The position numbers and the translations under genes are program-made. Below the pieces are notes generated by a model. It was not told the DNA's origin, did no database searches, and was given only the letters and a program-made list of their open reading frames with translations. Below are positions 18,822 to 27,820 of a stretch of 58,652 nt of DNA, piece by piece (position 1 is the first letter of the stretch; each line of letters starts with the position of its first letter). This DNA comes from a virus (taxonomy: Duplodnaviria > Caudoviricetes), in the IMG/VR virus record IMGVR_UViG_3300025154_000110, positions 1 through 58,652 of that record; one strand, 5' to 3'.

Positions 18822-19307
18822 ATGTGGAACATAGATAAAATTATTAGTTGCGGTAAGTACAACTATGTGCTGCTGTGGGAACATCCATTTTGCACAAAGA
18901 ACGGATATGTCTTTGAGCATAGGGTGGTCATGGAAAACTTTTTAGAGCGGCTTCTCAATGCAGATGAGATTGTGCATCATGTTGATAACGACGGGAAGAA
19001 TAACGTGATAGAAAACCTGGATTTATGCCTAAAGCCTATTCACAGCAAATTCCATGGGTATCACAAGGGGCGGAAGTTTGTTGAACTGAAATGCCCTAAC
19101 TGTGGTGTAGTTTTCCATAAACCAAAGAACGCTTCATTTTTGCAGAAAGGTTCTAAATATACATGCTGTTCCTCAATATGTAGGGGCAAGTTTTCAAAGG
19201 AAATACAGGCCCACGGGAAAACGCATAAAGTTGAGTTGGCTATATCAAGAAACCTTATAAGAGAGTACCGCAAATATTCAGCCAGCGGCCAATCAATTTC
19301 CACTTGA
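18822..19307 (+). CDS. HNH homing endonuclease
   Basis: HP...NGYVFEHRVVME...EIVHHVDNDGKNNVIENL, C-terminal CPNC...CCS..C; AAGGAG SD; AT-rich. Confidence 0.85.
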   Translation: MWNIDKIISCGKYNYVLLWEHPFCTKNGYVFEHRVVMENFLERLLNADEIVHHVDNDGKNNVIENLDLCLKPIHSKFHGYHKGRKFVELKCPNCGVVFHKPKNASFLQKGSKYTCCSSICRGKFSKEIQAHGKTHKVELAISRNLIREYRKYSASGQSIST

Positions 19308-19331
19308 CAAATCCGGCAAAAAGCTGATAAT
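19304..19331 (+). promoter_or_regulatory. Sigma70-type promoter
   Basis: TTGACA-N16-GATAAT. Confidence 0.6.
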
Positions 19332-19340
19332 AAAATCAGA

Positions 19341-19453
19341 GTACAACTTGTGTTACGGACAAGTTTGTATCCACCGGATCATCCGCAAATCGAACCCTGG
19401 AATACAAAAGCCCTGTGCCGTAACCACAGGCTGAGTATTCCGGGGTTTTTTTT
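19341..19453 (+). ncRNA. Kissing-loop leader RNA ending in a terminator hairpin
   Basis: Hairpin loops GTTACGG (19352-58) and CCGTAAC (19418-24) are exact complements; 13-bp outer stem plus T8. Confidence 0.65.
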
Positions 19454-19787
19454 ATGCCCCTTATATGGCTCAAATACATGCCGAATATAAGAGGTCAAGG
19501 CTGAAAATGGCCCTGGGGCTGATCCTCCCCACGAAAAAGTGACATCAACCCAGATGATACCGTCGGTGCCTTTTGGCGGGATTTGGGGGGGGTGGAAGAC
19601 AATAGCCATAATGTCTCCCGTGCGGTAAATTTAAACCACCTGGGCGCACTATCCCCCTGCACACGGAACGAAGGCCATGAGGCCCTAACCCAAGTGCCAT
19701 GCAAACAACGCGATGTGTTATACTGCATGATAATCCTCCAGCCCAGGGGGATTACTGCGTCCGCTCAATATTACCTGCAAGCTGATT

Positions 19788-20183
19788 ATGGCAAACAACT
19801 TCCTACTATCAACAGCCTGGGCGAAAATACGAAACGACCTGTATTCGATCAGGGGATACAAGTGCGAACGATGCGACTGCAAGAAAAGATTGCAGGTCCA
19901 CCACCTGACCTATGATAGATATGGGGGCGACGAAGAGCCCGAAGACCTCATTATTTTGTGCGGATACCATCACCGTCTTGAACATGGACTGGTGAAGGCC
20001 AGGGCGAGAAAGTCATTTAAAAAGCCAGCTAAGACGGCGAGCGCGAAGGCGTCAAAGAAAAAGAAGAGGAAGCGCGTTAAAAGGGCGATTGCTGGCATTG
20101 AGAGTGCAGCGGAACGTACAGCCATAGCAAAGGCAAAGCAACGAACAGCAGAAAGGATTCAACGGATGAGGGCGACAGAGTAA
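19788..20183 (+). CDS. Small HNH endonuclease with Lys/Arg-rich tail
   Basis: W..IR...CERC...LQVHHLTY...DLIILCGYHHRLEH. Confidence 0.85.
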   Translation: MANNFLLSTAWAKIRNDLYSIRGYKCERCDCKKRLQVHHLTYDRYGGDEEPEDLIILCGYHHRLEHGLVKARARKSFKKPAKTASAKASKKKKRKRVKRAIAGIESAAERTAIAKAKQRTAERIQRMRATE

Positions 20184-20224
20184 AGGGGAGGGGAAAAGAA
20201 AAGTGAAAAATCGCAAAACTTTCC

Positions 20225-20252
20225 TTGACAAATATAACCAGAACTATACAAT
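20225..20252 (+). promoter_or_regulatory. Rightward early promoter (near-leaderless cro-like mRNA)
   Basis: TTGACA-N16-TACAAT; ATG 6 nt downstream, no SD. Confidence 0.65.
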
Positions 20253-20258
20253 TAAATC

Positions 20259-20465
20259 ATGAGAACGCAAAAAGAGACAGCCAAGGCGGCAGGTATCGGG
20301 CCTGCATATTTCAACCATATCCTGCATCGGCGCTGCGCTTGTCCTCCTAAGTTGGCTATTATCCTGGAGGAAGTAACCGGGATAGAGCGGGCAATGTGGG
20401 TATGGGGAGAGAAAGAGGAGCTGGATGCCGCATGGAACAAGTTCACACGGGAGGGCAAGGCATGA
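20259..20465 (+). CDS. Cro-like HTH regulator
   Basis: TQKETAKAAGIGPAYFNHIL...LAIILEEVTGI. Confidence 0.8.
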   Translation: MRTQKETAKAAGIGPAYFNHILHRRCACPPKLAIILEEVTGIERAMWVWGEKEELDAAWNKFTREGKA

Positions 20466-21193
20466 AGGAGCTGGCTAAGTTTGAGCAGGAACCGCACATC
20501 AAGGTAAAAAGTGGTGGACAGGTTGTCACAACTTCCCTTGACATTGCGGAGAATTTTTCAAAGCCGCACAAAAACGTCTTGAAAGCTATCCGGGAGGTTG
20601 AGTGTTCTGATGAGTTTTCGCGGCTACATTTCAAGCCACGAAACTATCACGATGACCGGGGGAAAGTTCAGCCGTATTTCGAGATTACCAGGGACGGATT
20701 TACGTTTCTGGTTATGGGGTTCAAGGGGAAGAAGGCGGCAACCTGGAAGGAAAAGTACATCTCAGCCTTCAACGCAATGGAGAAGGTTCTTTCCAACCAA
20801 GCCAACAACGCATGGCAGGAACTCCGCAAGCAGGGCAAGGGAACCCGTATCGAAGAAACCGACACCATCAAGCGGTTTGTCGAGTACGCCACCACCCAGG
20901 GCAGCACAAAGGCCAACTGGTACTACAAGCATATCACCAACGCCACTTATAAGGCGCTTTTCATCATCAAGGATAAGTCCGGGAAGTCTTTCCGGGACAT
21001 GCTTGACAACATGCAGCTCTCTTTCCTGAACACCGCTGAGTATGTCGCCAGGAACGCGATGGAAGACGGCATGAAGCAGAGGATGCACTACAAGGATATC
21101 TACCTGCTCTGCAAGGACAAGGTTGAGGCCGTCGCTTCGACTGTCGGCGTGACCGAAGTGATCAGCCACAATCCGCAGCTCAGTCTTGTTTAA
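20462..21193 (+). CDS. Rha family phage regulatory protein
   Basis: TTSLDIAENFSKPHKNVLKAIR...ITRDGFTFLVMGF.GKKA..WKEKYISAFNAME. Confidence 0.9.
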   Translation: MKELAKFEQEPHIKVKSGGQVVTTSLDIAENFSKPHKNVLKAIREVECSDEFSRLHFKPRNYHDDRGKVQPYFEITRDGFTFLVMGFKGKKAATWKEKYISAFNAMEKVLSNQANNAWQELRKQGKGTRIEETDTIKRFVEYATTQGSTKANWYYKHITNATYKALFIIKDKSGKSFRDMLDNMQLSFLNTAEYVARNAMEDGMKQRMHYKDIYLLCKDKVEAVASTVGVTEVISHNPQLSLV

Positions 21194-21387
21194 TGACCAC
21201 CCCGACCCGAGAAGACATAGCCCGCCTAGAGAAAAGGCTAGTCTCCATGGAGAAGCAAATCACCGATCTTATTACTGCGCTTTTCCCCAAGGCTACCGTA
21301 GCGGATGAGTTGATGATGGTCGAGGTGCAGGGAGGGAGCAAGGTGGAGCATCTGCGGAAGAAATTTAAGAGGGAGAAGAGGAAATGA
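21193..21387 (+). CDS. Small hypothetical protein
   Basis: Translationally coupled on both sides. Confidence 0.6.
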   Translation: MTTPTREDIARLEKRLVSMEKQITDLITALFPKATVADELMMVEVQGGSKVEHLRKKFKREKRK

Positions 21388-21971
21388 AATTCGAGATCAA
21401 AAACAGGTTTACCGGGGAAGTACAGTTTACGGCAGAGATTGAGGTTGACGAAAACACTAGCTTGGATATGAAAATTGGCCTCGCTGTGCGGTGGGCATAC
21501 AAAGCAAACGCTAATCTCCAGGGCGCTTATCTCCGGGGCGCTAATCTCCAGGACGCTAATCTCCAGGGCGCTTATCTCCGGGGCGCTTATCTCCGGGGCG
21601 CTTATCTCCGGGGCGCTTATCTCCGGGGCGCTAATCTCCAGGACGCTAATCTCCAGGGCGCTTATCTCCAGGGCGCTTATCTCCGGGGCGCTAATCTCCA
21701 GGACGCTGATCTCCTGGGCGCTAATCTCCAGGACGCTGACGGAGAAAAGATCACTATCGAAAAGGCCCCTATCCAAATTTTAACAGATACCTACTCGGTT
21801 ATAATCTTCGACGCCCACATGAAAATAGGATGCGAGTTTCATTCGCTAACCGAGTGGTGGGGATTCGACAACGAGCGCATAGCCAAAATGAATGGAACGC
21901 GGGCGCGGCGGTTTTGGGATACCTGGAAGGCGCCCCTGCAGGCCGTTTGTAAGGCGAATGGGAGGGGGTAA
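21384..21971 (+). CDS. Pentapeptide-repeat protein
   Basis: MKFEIKNRFTG N-terminus, A(N/Y/D)L(Q/R)(G/D) repeats, MKIGCEFH C-terminus. Confidence 0.9.
   Translation: MKFEIKNRFTGEVQFTAEIEVDENTSLDMKIGLAVRWAYKANANLQGAYLRGANLQDANLQGAYLRGAYLRGAYLRGAYLRGANLQDANLQGAYLQGAYLRGANLQDADLLGANLQDADGEKITIEKAPIQILTDTYSVIIFDAHMKIGCEFHSLTEWWGFDNERIAKMNGTRARRFWDTWKAPLQAVCKANGRG
21509..21740. repeat. Tandem 15-bp repeats (about 15 units) encoding pentapeptides
   Basis: CGCT(A/T)ATCTCC(A/G)GG(G/A) units. Confidence 0.9.
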
Positions 21972-22204
21972 TGATCCAGATTGCAGCAGGCATTTTCCTG
22001 GTGGTCGGCGGAATCTCATTGATTTGTTTCGGACTGGCCAACCACCTGGCGGACCCGGCAAAGGTTCGGATCGTCGGGGTCAAGAGCGTGGAACTGGAGC
22101 ACACCAGGTCCGGCCTGACTGAGCAGGTGCAGCCCGAGGAATGGGTTTATATGCGGCCTGGCTCCACAATGACCGTTGCCAATGGCGGGGAGGAAAGGGA
22201 ATGA
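21971..22204 (+). CDS. Small membrane-anchored protein
   Basis: N-terminal TM; GGAGG SD. Confidence 0.55.
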   Translation: MIQIAAGIFLVVGGISLICFGLANHLADPAKVRIVGVKSVELEHTRSGLTEQVQPEEWVYMRPGSTMTVANGGEERE

Positions 22205-22398
22205 CCGCACCGAGCATCTTTGAAGTAATCACCGGCCTGCTGATCCACCACAAGCGGGGCCTGGTCGGCGCTGTGCAGATAGCGCTCATCATGGCCTATG
22301 TCATGGCCGGTTCCTACATCTGGGCAAACAAGGTTTTGCTCCCCCCTGCCGCTGGCTCCCTCCCAGCGGATACCACCAGGGGGGAGGTCTTGCGATGA
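22201..22398 (+). CDS. Small membrane protein
   Basis: MTAPSIFEV start, ATGA coupling, hydrophobic segment. Confidence 0.5.
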   Translation: MTAPSIFEVITGLLIHHKRGLVGAVQIALIMAYVMAGSYIWANKVLLPPAAGSLPADTTRGEVLR

Positions 22399-22416
22399 CC
22401 AAAAAGGAGGTCAACG

Positions 22417-22593
22417 ATGTTCACTAAATGCAGCGGAAAAGATTGCGATTTGCGGCATAGCTGCTGCAGGCATAACGCGCCTGACCGGGGGAAACAGCAA
22501 GGCTGGATTGCCCCGCAGTACGACCGCAGGAGCAACCAGTGCCCGGATTTTCTTGAGGATTACCGGAGTCCGATAGGTGGAGGAAAACAATGA
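22417..22593 (+). CDS. 58-aa Cys-rich protein (not in ORF track)
   Basis: AAGGAGG SD; MFTKCSGKDCDLRHSCCRH...QCPDF. Confidence 0.6.
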   Translation: MFTKCSGKDCDLRHSCCRHNAPDRGKQQGWIAPQYDRRSNQCPDFLEDYRSPIGGGKQ

Positions 22594-23006
22594 ACAGGCT
22601 CATCATAGGCATTGACCCAGGGGTGAGAACCGGCCTGGCCGCATGGGTGCCCTCTGAACGTAGGTTTCAGGCCATTGAAACACTGTCCATCATCCGTGCA
22701 ATGAACTGGATCATGCTGGCAAAGCGCGACGGGCTGCAGGTTGAAGTTCGGTTTGAAGATGCCCGGTTGCGTACTTGGTTCGGCAATGCTGGCAGGGAAA
22801 AGCTCCAGGGGGCCGGGTCAATCAAGCGGGACGCGAGTATCTGGGAAGAATTCTGCGAGTACCACGATATTCCATTCAAAGCGGTCAAGCCTCTGCGGGG
22901 CGGGACAAAGTGGGAGTCGGATTTTTTCAAGAAGGTGACGAAGTGGGAAGGGCGGACCAGCGAACATGCAAGGGATGCCGCCTGCCTCGTATTTGGGGTG
23001 CATTAA
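22590..23006 (+). CDS. RuvC-like (RNase H fold) nuclease / Holliday junction resolvase
   Basis: IIGIDPGVRTGLA...FED...SEHARDAACL. Confidence 0.8.
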   Translation: MNRLIIGIDPGVRTGLAAWVPSERRFQAIETLSIIRAMNWIMLAKRDGLQVEVRFEDARLRTWFGNAGREKLQGAGSIKRDASIWEEFCEYHDIPFKAVKPLRGGTKWESDFFKKVTKWEGRTSEHARDAACLVFGVH

Positions 23007-23033
23007 TCAACAACATAGGGAGGAAAACGACAA

Positions 23034-23381
23034 ATGGAACAAAAAGACTTTACAGACGTATTGACAGACCTGCGGGGCGGAACCGCCCATCATGAACTGT
23101 CAAAGGCGATCAGGACCGTGACCGAGGCCGTGCAGAAGACGGGCAAGGTCGGCAGCCTGACCATGAGCATCAAAATTAAACCGCAGGGCGAGGGCCAGGT
23201 GGAGATCATTGACGAGATCAAGATCAAGGCGCCTGAGCCCGCGAAGCCGTCTACGTTCATGTTCGTGGACGACCAGAACAACCTTACCCGGGATAACCCG
23301 CGCCAGGCTTCCGTTTTCGACCTGAAGGTCGTGGACAAGAAGACCGGCGAGATCAAAGAGGTGGCCAATGTCGGAAGGTAA
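23034..23381 (+). CDS. YfdP-like conserved prophage protein
   Basis: FTDVLTDLRGG...TGKVGSLTMSIKIKP...NLTRDNPRQ; precedes a DUF2303 gene. Confidence 0.7.
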   Translation: MEQKDFTDVLTDLRGGTAHHELSKAIRTVTEAVQKTGKVGSLTMSIKIKPQGEGQVEIIDEIKIKAPEPAKPSTFMFVDDQNNLTRDNPRQASVFDLKVVDKKTGEIKEVANVGR

Positions 23382-24207
23382 TTTCAAGGATATCCTTGCC
23401 GCTGGCGCGAATGGTGTCCAGCATCAGGTAATTGAGGGCGTCCCGGTCATTGTTACCACTGAAGGATACGATGTAACCGAACTGGACCTGGAGCAATACC
23501 AGATTGTCCCTAAACGCTGTCGTGGAATCGTGTGTCTGGAAACGGTTAAATCGTTCACCGACTACATCGCCCGCAACCTGACACAAGGGCAGACTGTTGT
23601 TTTTGCCGACATGGACGCCGCCAGGTTCACGGCTATTTTTAACTACCCTGCAGACGGCATCACTCCTGGCTGGGGCGACAACCGCGCATTGCTCACCCTG
23701 ACGCCAACCGCATCATGGAAACGATGGCTGGAAGGCAATGAAAGGAGAATGGACCAACTCGCCTTCGCTGACTTCATCGAGGCCAACGCCATGGATATAG
23801 TCACGCCGTCCGCCGCCGAGGTTATGGAGATGGTTTCCGCACTGAAGGTGAACAAAAAGGCTGCTTTCCATTCCGTGATCGACAGCAAGACAGGGAGGCA
23901 GAACATTGAATATTCCGAGGAGACCAAGGGCGAGACCCCCAAGGGCAACCTGGAATTCACCGGCCAGCTTGAACTGGCCCTTCAGCCGTACCGGAACCGC
24001 GGAATTGACGTTACGCCGTACAAGGTAAACGCCCGCCTGCGGTTCACCATCATCGAGCAGGGCCAGAACAAGAGCGCACTGCGTGTCCACTACTCATTGA
24101 TCAATCACGATCTGGTGCGGGAATATGCATTCGGGGCGGAGCTGGACGGAATCTACCAGTTCCTCAAGGTCCTGAACGTGCCAATGTTCGATGGGTCGCC
24201 GGCTTAG
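23368..24207 (+). CDS. DUF2303 (YfdQ-like) protein
   Basis: SFTDYI...TAIFNY...PGWGDNRA...MDQLAFADFIE. Confidence 0.8.
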   Translation: MSEGNFKDILAAGANGVQHQVIEGVPVIVTTEGYDVTELDLEQYQIVPKRCRGIVCLETVKSFTDYIARNLTQGQTVVFADMDAARFTAIFNYPADGITPGWGDNRALLTLTPTASWKRWLEGNERRMDQLAFADFIEANAMDIVTPSAAEVMEMVSALKVNKKAAFHSVIDSKTGRQNIEYSEETKGETPKGNLEFTGQLELALQPYRNRGIDVTPYKVNARLRFTIIEQGQNKSALRVHYSLINHDLVREYAFGAELDGIYQFLKVLNVPMFDGSPA

Positions 24208-24226
24208 GGCCGGGGCGATGGTAAAT

Positions 24227-24257
24227 AAAAAGCCCGGCTGCGCAAACAGCCGGGCTT
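24227..24257. terminator. 11-bp hairpin with upstream A-run
   Basis: AAGCCCGGCTG-cgcaaa-CAGCCGGGCTT. Confidence 0.55.
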
Positions 24258-24304
24258 AATCCGGGGACCGTGGAAGTCCTCGTTCATGGTGATGAGGAAA
24301 TAAT

Positions 24305-24505
24305 ATGCCAGAAAACACGAAAAGTCAATACGCCACCGACCAGGCCGGGGACCTTGTGGCCGGAATCAGAAACAACATTCTCACTGCGACAACAGAAATG
24401 GCCCTGGCCCACAAGCGGCTTGATGATCTCGTGAGGCACGTTACCGGCAACCGGTCCAGCATCGACTTTGAAGAGGTCGCGGCCCGGGTGAAGGAGAGGA
24501 GGTAG
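24305..24505 (+). CDS. Small hypothetical protein
   Basis: GAGG SD; helical. Confidence 0.55.
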   Translation: MPENTKSQYATDQAGDLVAGIRNNILTATTEMALAHKRLDDLVRHVTGNRSSIDFEEVAARVKERR

Positions 24506-24508
24506 GTC

Positions 24509-24892
24509 ATGGCCAGACCAAAAGTTAAAAGTACCATCTGCATCATAGACGGACAGGAGATCACCCCCGAATGGCTGGTTGAATACCGGGGAATCAAGCT
24601 CAACACCGCAATCCATCGAATCTACGAATACAACCGGGGCCTGATACCAGCAAAAACCCTGATGTCCCATGGCCCGGCTGACAAATACAAGGGCAAGAGT
24701 AATCCGACCGATGAGTTCCGGCGGCTGCAGGACAAAGAAGCCAGGCCATTGCGCTGCCCTGGGCCTGGAACATGGGAGAGCTTGCATATCCCGGATCGAG
24801 AGCCGGCGGGAAGGTGTCGCGCCGGGAGGCCGCAGGGGGTGCGGGAGGTTCCGGCGTACAGTCACGGACAATTCACATTTTCATTCAGATAG
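24509..24892 (+). CDS. Hypothetical protein
   Basis: GGAGG SD. Confidence 0.55.
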   Translation: MARPKVKSTICIIDGQEITPEWLVEYRGIKLNTAIHRIYEYNRGLIPAKTLMSHGPADKYKGKSNPTDEFRRLQDKEARPLRCPGPGTWESLHIPDREPAGRCRAGRPQGVREVPAYSHGQFTFSFR

Positions 24893-24906
24893 CGAGGGGG
24901 AAAATC

Positions 24907-26886
24907 ATGAGGCTCAGAAGGTTACAGCTTACGAATTTCAAGGGAGTGCGGTCGTTTGTCCTGGACGCCGGCGGGAAGGATTGCTCGATACTCGGTGATA
25001 ACGGCTCTGGAAAAACGACGATAGCGGACGCTATCACGTGGCTCCTTTTCAATAAAGATAGCCACGGAAATTCTGACTTTTCCATCAAGACCATCGACCC
25101 GGAAACTGGCGAGGTCCTGCACGGCCTGGAGCATACTGTCGAGGCTTCATTCGACCTGGATAACATCAAATACATCACCCTGAAGAAGACATACGCGGAG
25201 ACCTGGACCAAGAAACGCGGAAATCCTGTTGCCGAGTTCACCGGGCACACAACGGTTTACGAGGTCAACGGCGTCCCGGTCAAGATGAAGGAGTACAATG
25301 AACAGGTCGGCAAGATCGCTGACCCTGAAATGTTCCGCCTCTTGACGCAGCCCAACTACTTTCCCGAACAACTGCCATGGCAGAAGCGCCGGTCCATCCT
25401 CCTGGAGGTATGCGGCGACGTGTCCGGCCAGGACGTGATTGCATCGAGCGCCGAACTGCAGCCGCTGGCTGAGATCATCGCCGGCCGCTCCCTGGACGAT
25501 CACAAGAAGACAGTCCAGGCCAGCATGAAGAAGATCAACGACGAGTTGAAGCAGATCCCTGTCAGGATTGACGAACTGGCCCGGCAGACTTTCGGCACTG
25601 ATGGCGAGATCAGCCTAGCCGACAACCGGAAGCAGGAGACGGAGACGGTCGCCGCCCTGGACGAGGTCAAAACCAGAATAGCCCGGGCCGACGCCGGCAG
25701 TGAATCGGCAACGCTGAAGAAAGACCTGGCCACGGCCGAGGCATCGGTACTGGACATCGAGAATCTGCACCGGCAGGAATTGAACGAGATCGCCGCCGGC
25801 AAGGAGAAGGAACTGGCCGGGCTCAAGGCATCACTGGTCACGGCAGAGGACCGCCTGCGCGGCGCCCTGCAGGCCCACGCCCGGAAGTGCGGCGAGACGA
25901 TGGTTGACGAACGGCCGGTCATCAACGCAGAAATCGAGAAGCTGCGGGCCGAGTGGTTCGAGGTTGACGCCATGAAGTACCGGCCGGAAGAAAAGAAATG
26001 CCCAACCTGCGGGCAAGATATCCCGGAGGCCGAGGACGCGGAGGAGCAATTCAACCGGCGTCGGTCTGAGCGGATTGAACAGATCGAGGCCATGGGCAGG
26101 GAATTAAAGGGGGTGTTGGCCGAGGCGGAGAGTATGGTCGCATCCGCATCAAAGCGAATTGCCGATGAATCATTCGCTCTGGCCAAGGAGGTAGAGCTGA
26201 TCGAGGCGGAGGTCAAGGGGTTGTCGGCAGTCCGTGACGACCTGGCCGAAGAGATAAGAGTCATCCGTTCCCGGCCGGCAATGGAGCGGGCCGACTACAA
26301 GGAAGCGGCCGTGAAGGTAGCTAACTTGAAATCACGACTCGCCACCGCTCAGTCCGGAAACGCATCACTGGAAATGGATACCCTCACCAGGGAGCGGGAC
26401 CGGCTGACATCCCTTCTGGACCGGATCCGGCAGCGGATCACTCTGGCCGAGACCAAGGAGAAGAACGATGTCAGGGTTTCCGAACTGAAGGCCGAAGAAA
26501 AGCGGCTGGCCGGCGAGTATGAGCGGCTGGCCAATGAGTTGCACCTGATGGAGCAGTTCACCCGGGCCAAGGTCGATATGCTGGAGGATAAAATCAATAG
26601 CAAGTTCTCCATGGCCCGCTTCAAGCTGTTCGAGGAACAAATCAATGGCGGCCTTGCTGATTGCTGTTCTGTAACCGTGAACGGGGTCCCGTACTCGGCC
26701 GGGCTCAACAACGGCGCCAGGATCAATGTAGGGCTCGATATCATCGATACCCTGTCGAAGCATTACGGGGTATCGCTGCCCGTGTTGGTTGATAATGCCG
26801 AGGCAGTTACGGAACTTTTGCCAATCGACGCCCAGGTAGTCCGCCTGGTGGTGTCAGCCGACCACAAAGAACTCACAATCGCATAA
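24907..26886 (+). CDS. SbcC/Rad50-like AAA ATPase with zinc hook
   Basis: LQLTNFKG, Walker A GDNGSGKTT, CPTC hook, LNNGARINVGLD, LVDNAE; start reassigned to MRLRRL. Confidence 0.88.
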   Translation: MRLRRLQLTNFKGVRSFVLDAGGKDCSILGDNGSGKTTIADAITWLLFNKDSHGNSDFSIKTIDPETGEVLHGLEHTVEASFDLDNIKYITLKKTYAETWTKKRGNPVAEFTGHTTVYEVNGVPVKMKEYNEQVGKIADPEMFRLLTQPNYFPEQLPWQKRRSILLEVCGDVSGQDVIASSAELQPLAEIIAGRSLDDHKKTVQASMKKINDELKQIPVRIDELARQTFGTDGEISLADNRKQETETVAALDEVKTRIARADAGSESATLKKDLATAEASVLDIENLHRQELNEIAAGKEKELAGLKASLVTAEDRLRGALQAHARKCGETMVDERPVINAEIEKLRAEWFEVDAMKYRPEEKKCPTCGQDIPEAEDAEEQFNRRRSERIEQIEAMGRELKGVLAEAESMVASASKRIADESFALAKEVELIEAEVKGLSAVRDDLAEEIRVIRSRPAMERADYKEAAVKVANLKSRLATAQSGNASLEMDTLTRERDRLTSLLDRIRQRITLAETKEKNDVRVSELKAEEKRLAGEYERLANELHLMEQFTRAKVDMLEDKINSKFSMARFKLFEEQINGGLADCCSVTVNGVPYSAGLNNGARINVGLDIIDTLSKHYGVSLPVLVDNAEAVTELLPIDAQVVRLVVSADHKELTIA

Positions 26887-26897
26887 AGGAGAAAGCA

Positions 26898-27785
26898 ATG
26901 AAATGTTTTTACCACTCTGCGGACCTCGACGGCCATTGCTCAGGAGCCATCGTTAAAATGATGTATCCGGAGTGCGAAATGATCGGGATCAACTACGGGC
27001 AGCCGTTCCCGTGGAACCGGATCGAAATGGGCGAGACGGTATTCATGGTTGATTTTTGCCTGCAGCCTTTTGACGATATGGAAAGGCTTAATTCATTGTG
27101 CTGCCTTAACTGGATCGACCACCACGCAAAGGGGAGCATTGACGAGGCCAGGGCCAGAAATTTTCACGCAAAAGGCGGCCAGTTTATTGAGGTCGGCCGC
27201 GCAGCGTGTGAACTGGTATGGGATTTTTTCTTTCAACCCAAGAACCCGCCCCTCGCCGTCTACCTGCTGGGCCGGTATGACGTATGGAAGCATGAAGAAA
27301 ACGCGGCCATCCTGCCTTTTCAATACGGGATGCGGCAGTTCTCGGACACATACCCCGAGAACCAGGAATTATGGCAACGCCTGTTTAATGAACCGGATTT
27401 TTGCGCGGGGATAGTTAAAGATGGCGTCGTTCTCCTAAACTATGAAAACTCCCAAAACTCCAAGTTCTGCAAGGCATACGCATTTGAAACAACGATGCCG
27501 ACCGAACCTTGCTACTACCCATTTAATCCTCCCCTGGGCCTGGCCGCAATATGCGCCAACCGAGGATTTACCAACTCAAAAATATTCGATTCCGTCTACG
27601 ACCCTGAGCAGCACGATCTGATGATCACCTTCTGCAGGCTCAAGCCGCCGGCCGGAAAGTGGACGGTTTCCCTTTACTCGACCCGCGATGATGTTGATTG
27701 CGGGGAGATCGCCAAGGCTTTCGGCGGAGGGGGCCACAAGGGCGCCGCTGGCTTCCAGTGTGAAGAATTGCCATTTTCTATCTGA
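26898..27785 (+). CDS. DHH/DHHA1 phosphoesterase (nanoRNase-like)
   Basis: HSADLDG, MVDF, WIDHH and GGGGHKGAAGF motifs. Confidence 0.88.
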   Translation: MKCFYHSADLDGHCSGAIVKMMYPECEMIGINYGQPFPWNRIEMGETVFMVDFCLQPFDDMERLNSLCCLNWIDHHAKGSIDEARARNFHAKGGQFIEVGRAACELVWDFFFQPKNPPLAVYLLGRYDVWKHEENAAILPFQYGMRQFSDTYPENQELWQRLFNEPDFCAGIVKDGVVLLNYENSQNSKFCKAYAFETTMPTEPCYYPFNPPLGLAAICANRGFTNSKIFDSVYDPEQHDLMITFCRLKPPAGKWTVSLYSTRDDVDCGEIAKAFGGGGHKGAAGFQCEELPFSI

Positions 27786-27820
27786 TCATAACCAACTTAA
27801 ACACGAGGGAGAAAAACACC

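Noticed and set aside
19460-19790. Group I intron core belonging to the tRNA half
   Set aside because: I could not find recognisable P7 (R/S) consensus elements or a tRNA 3' exon.
19379-19915. ORFs 19379-19609, 19495-19728 and 19583-19915
   Set aside because: No SD, atypical composition, and they overlap RNA hairpins or the HNH gene.
21509-21740. 15-bp tandem repeats as a CRISPR-like array or ncRNA
   Set aside because: No spacers; fully explained by the in-frame pentapeptide-repeat protein. The alternative-frame ORFs 21180-21776 and 21475-21783 are shadows.
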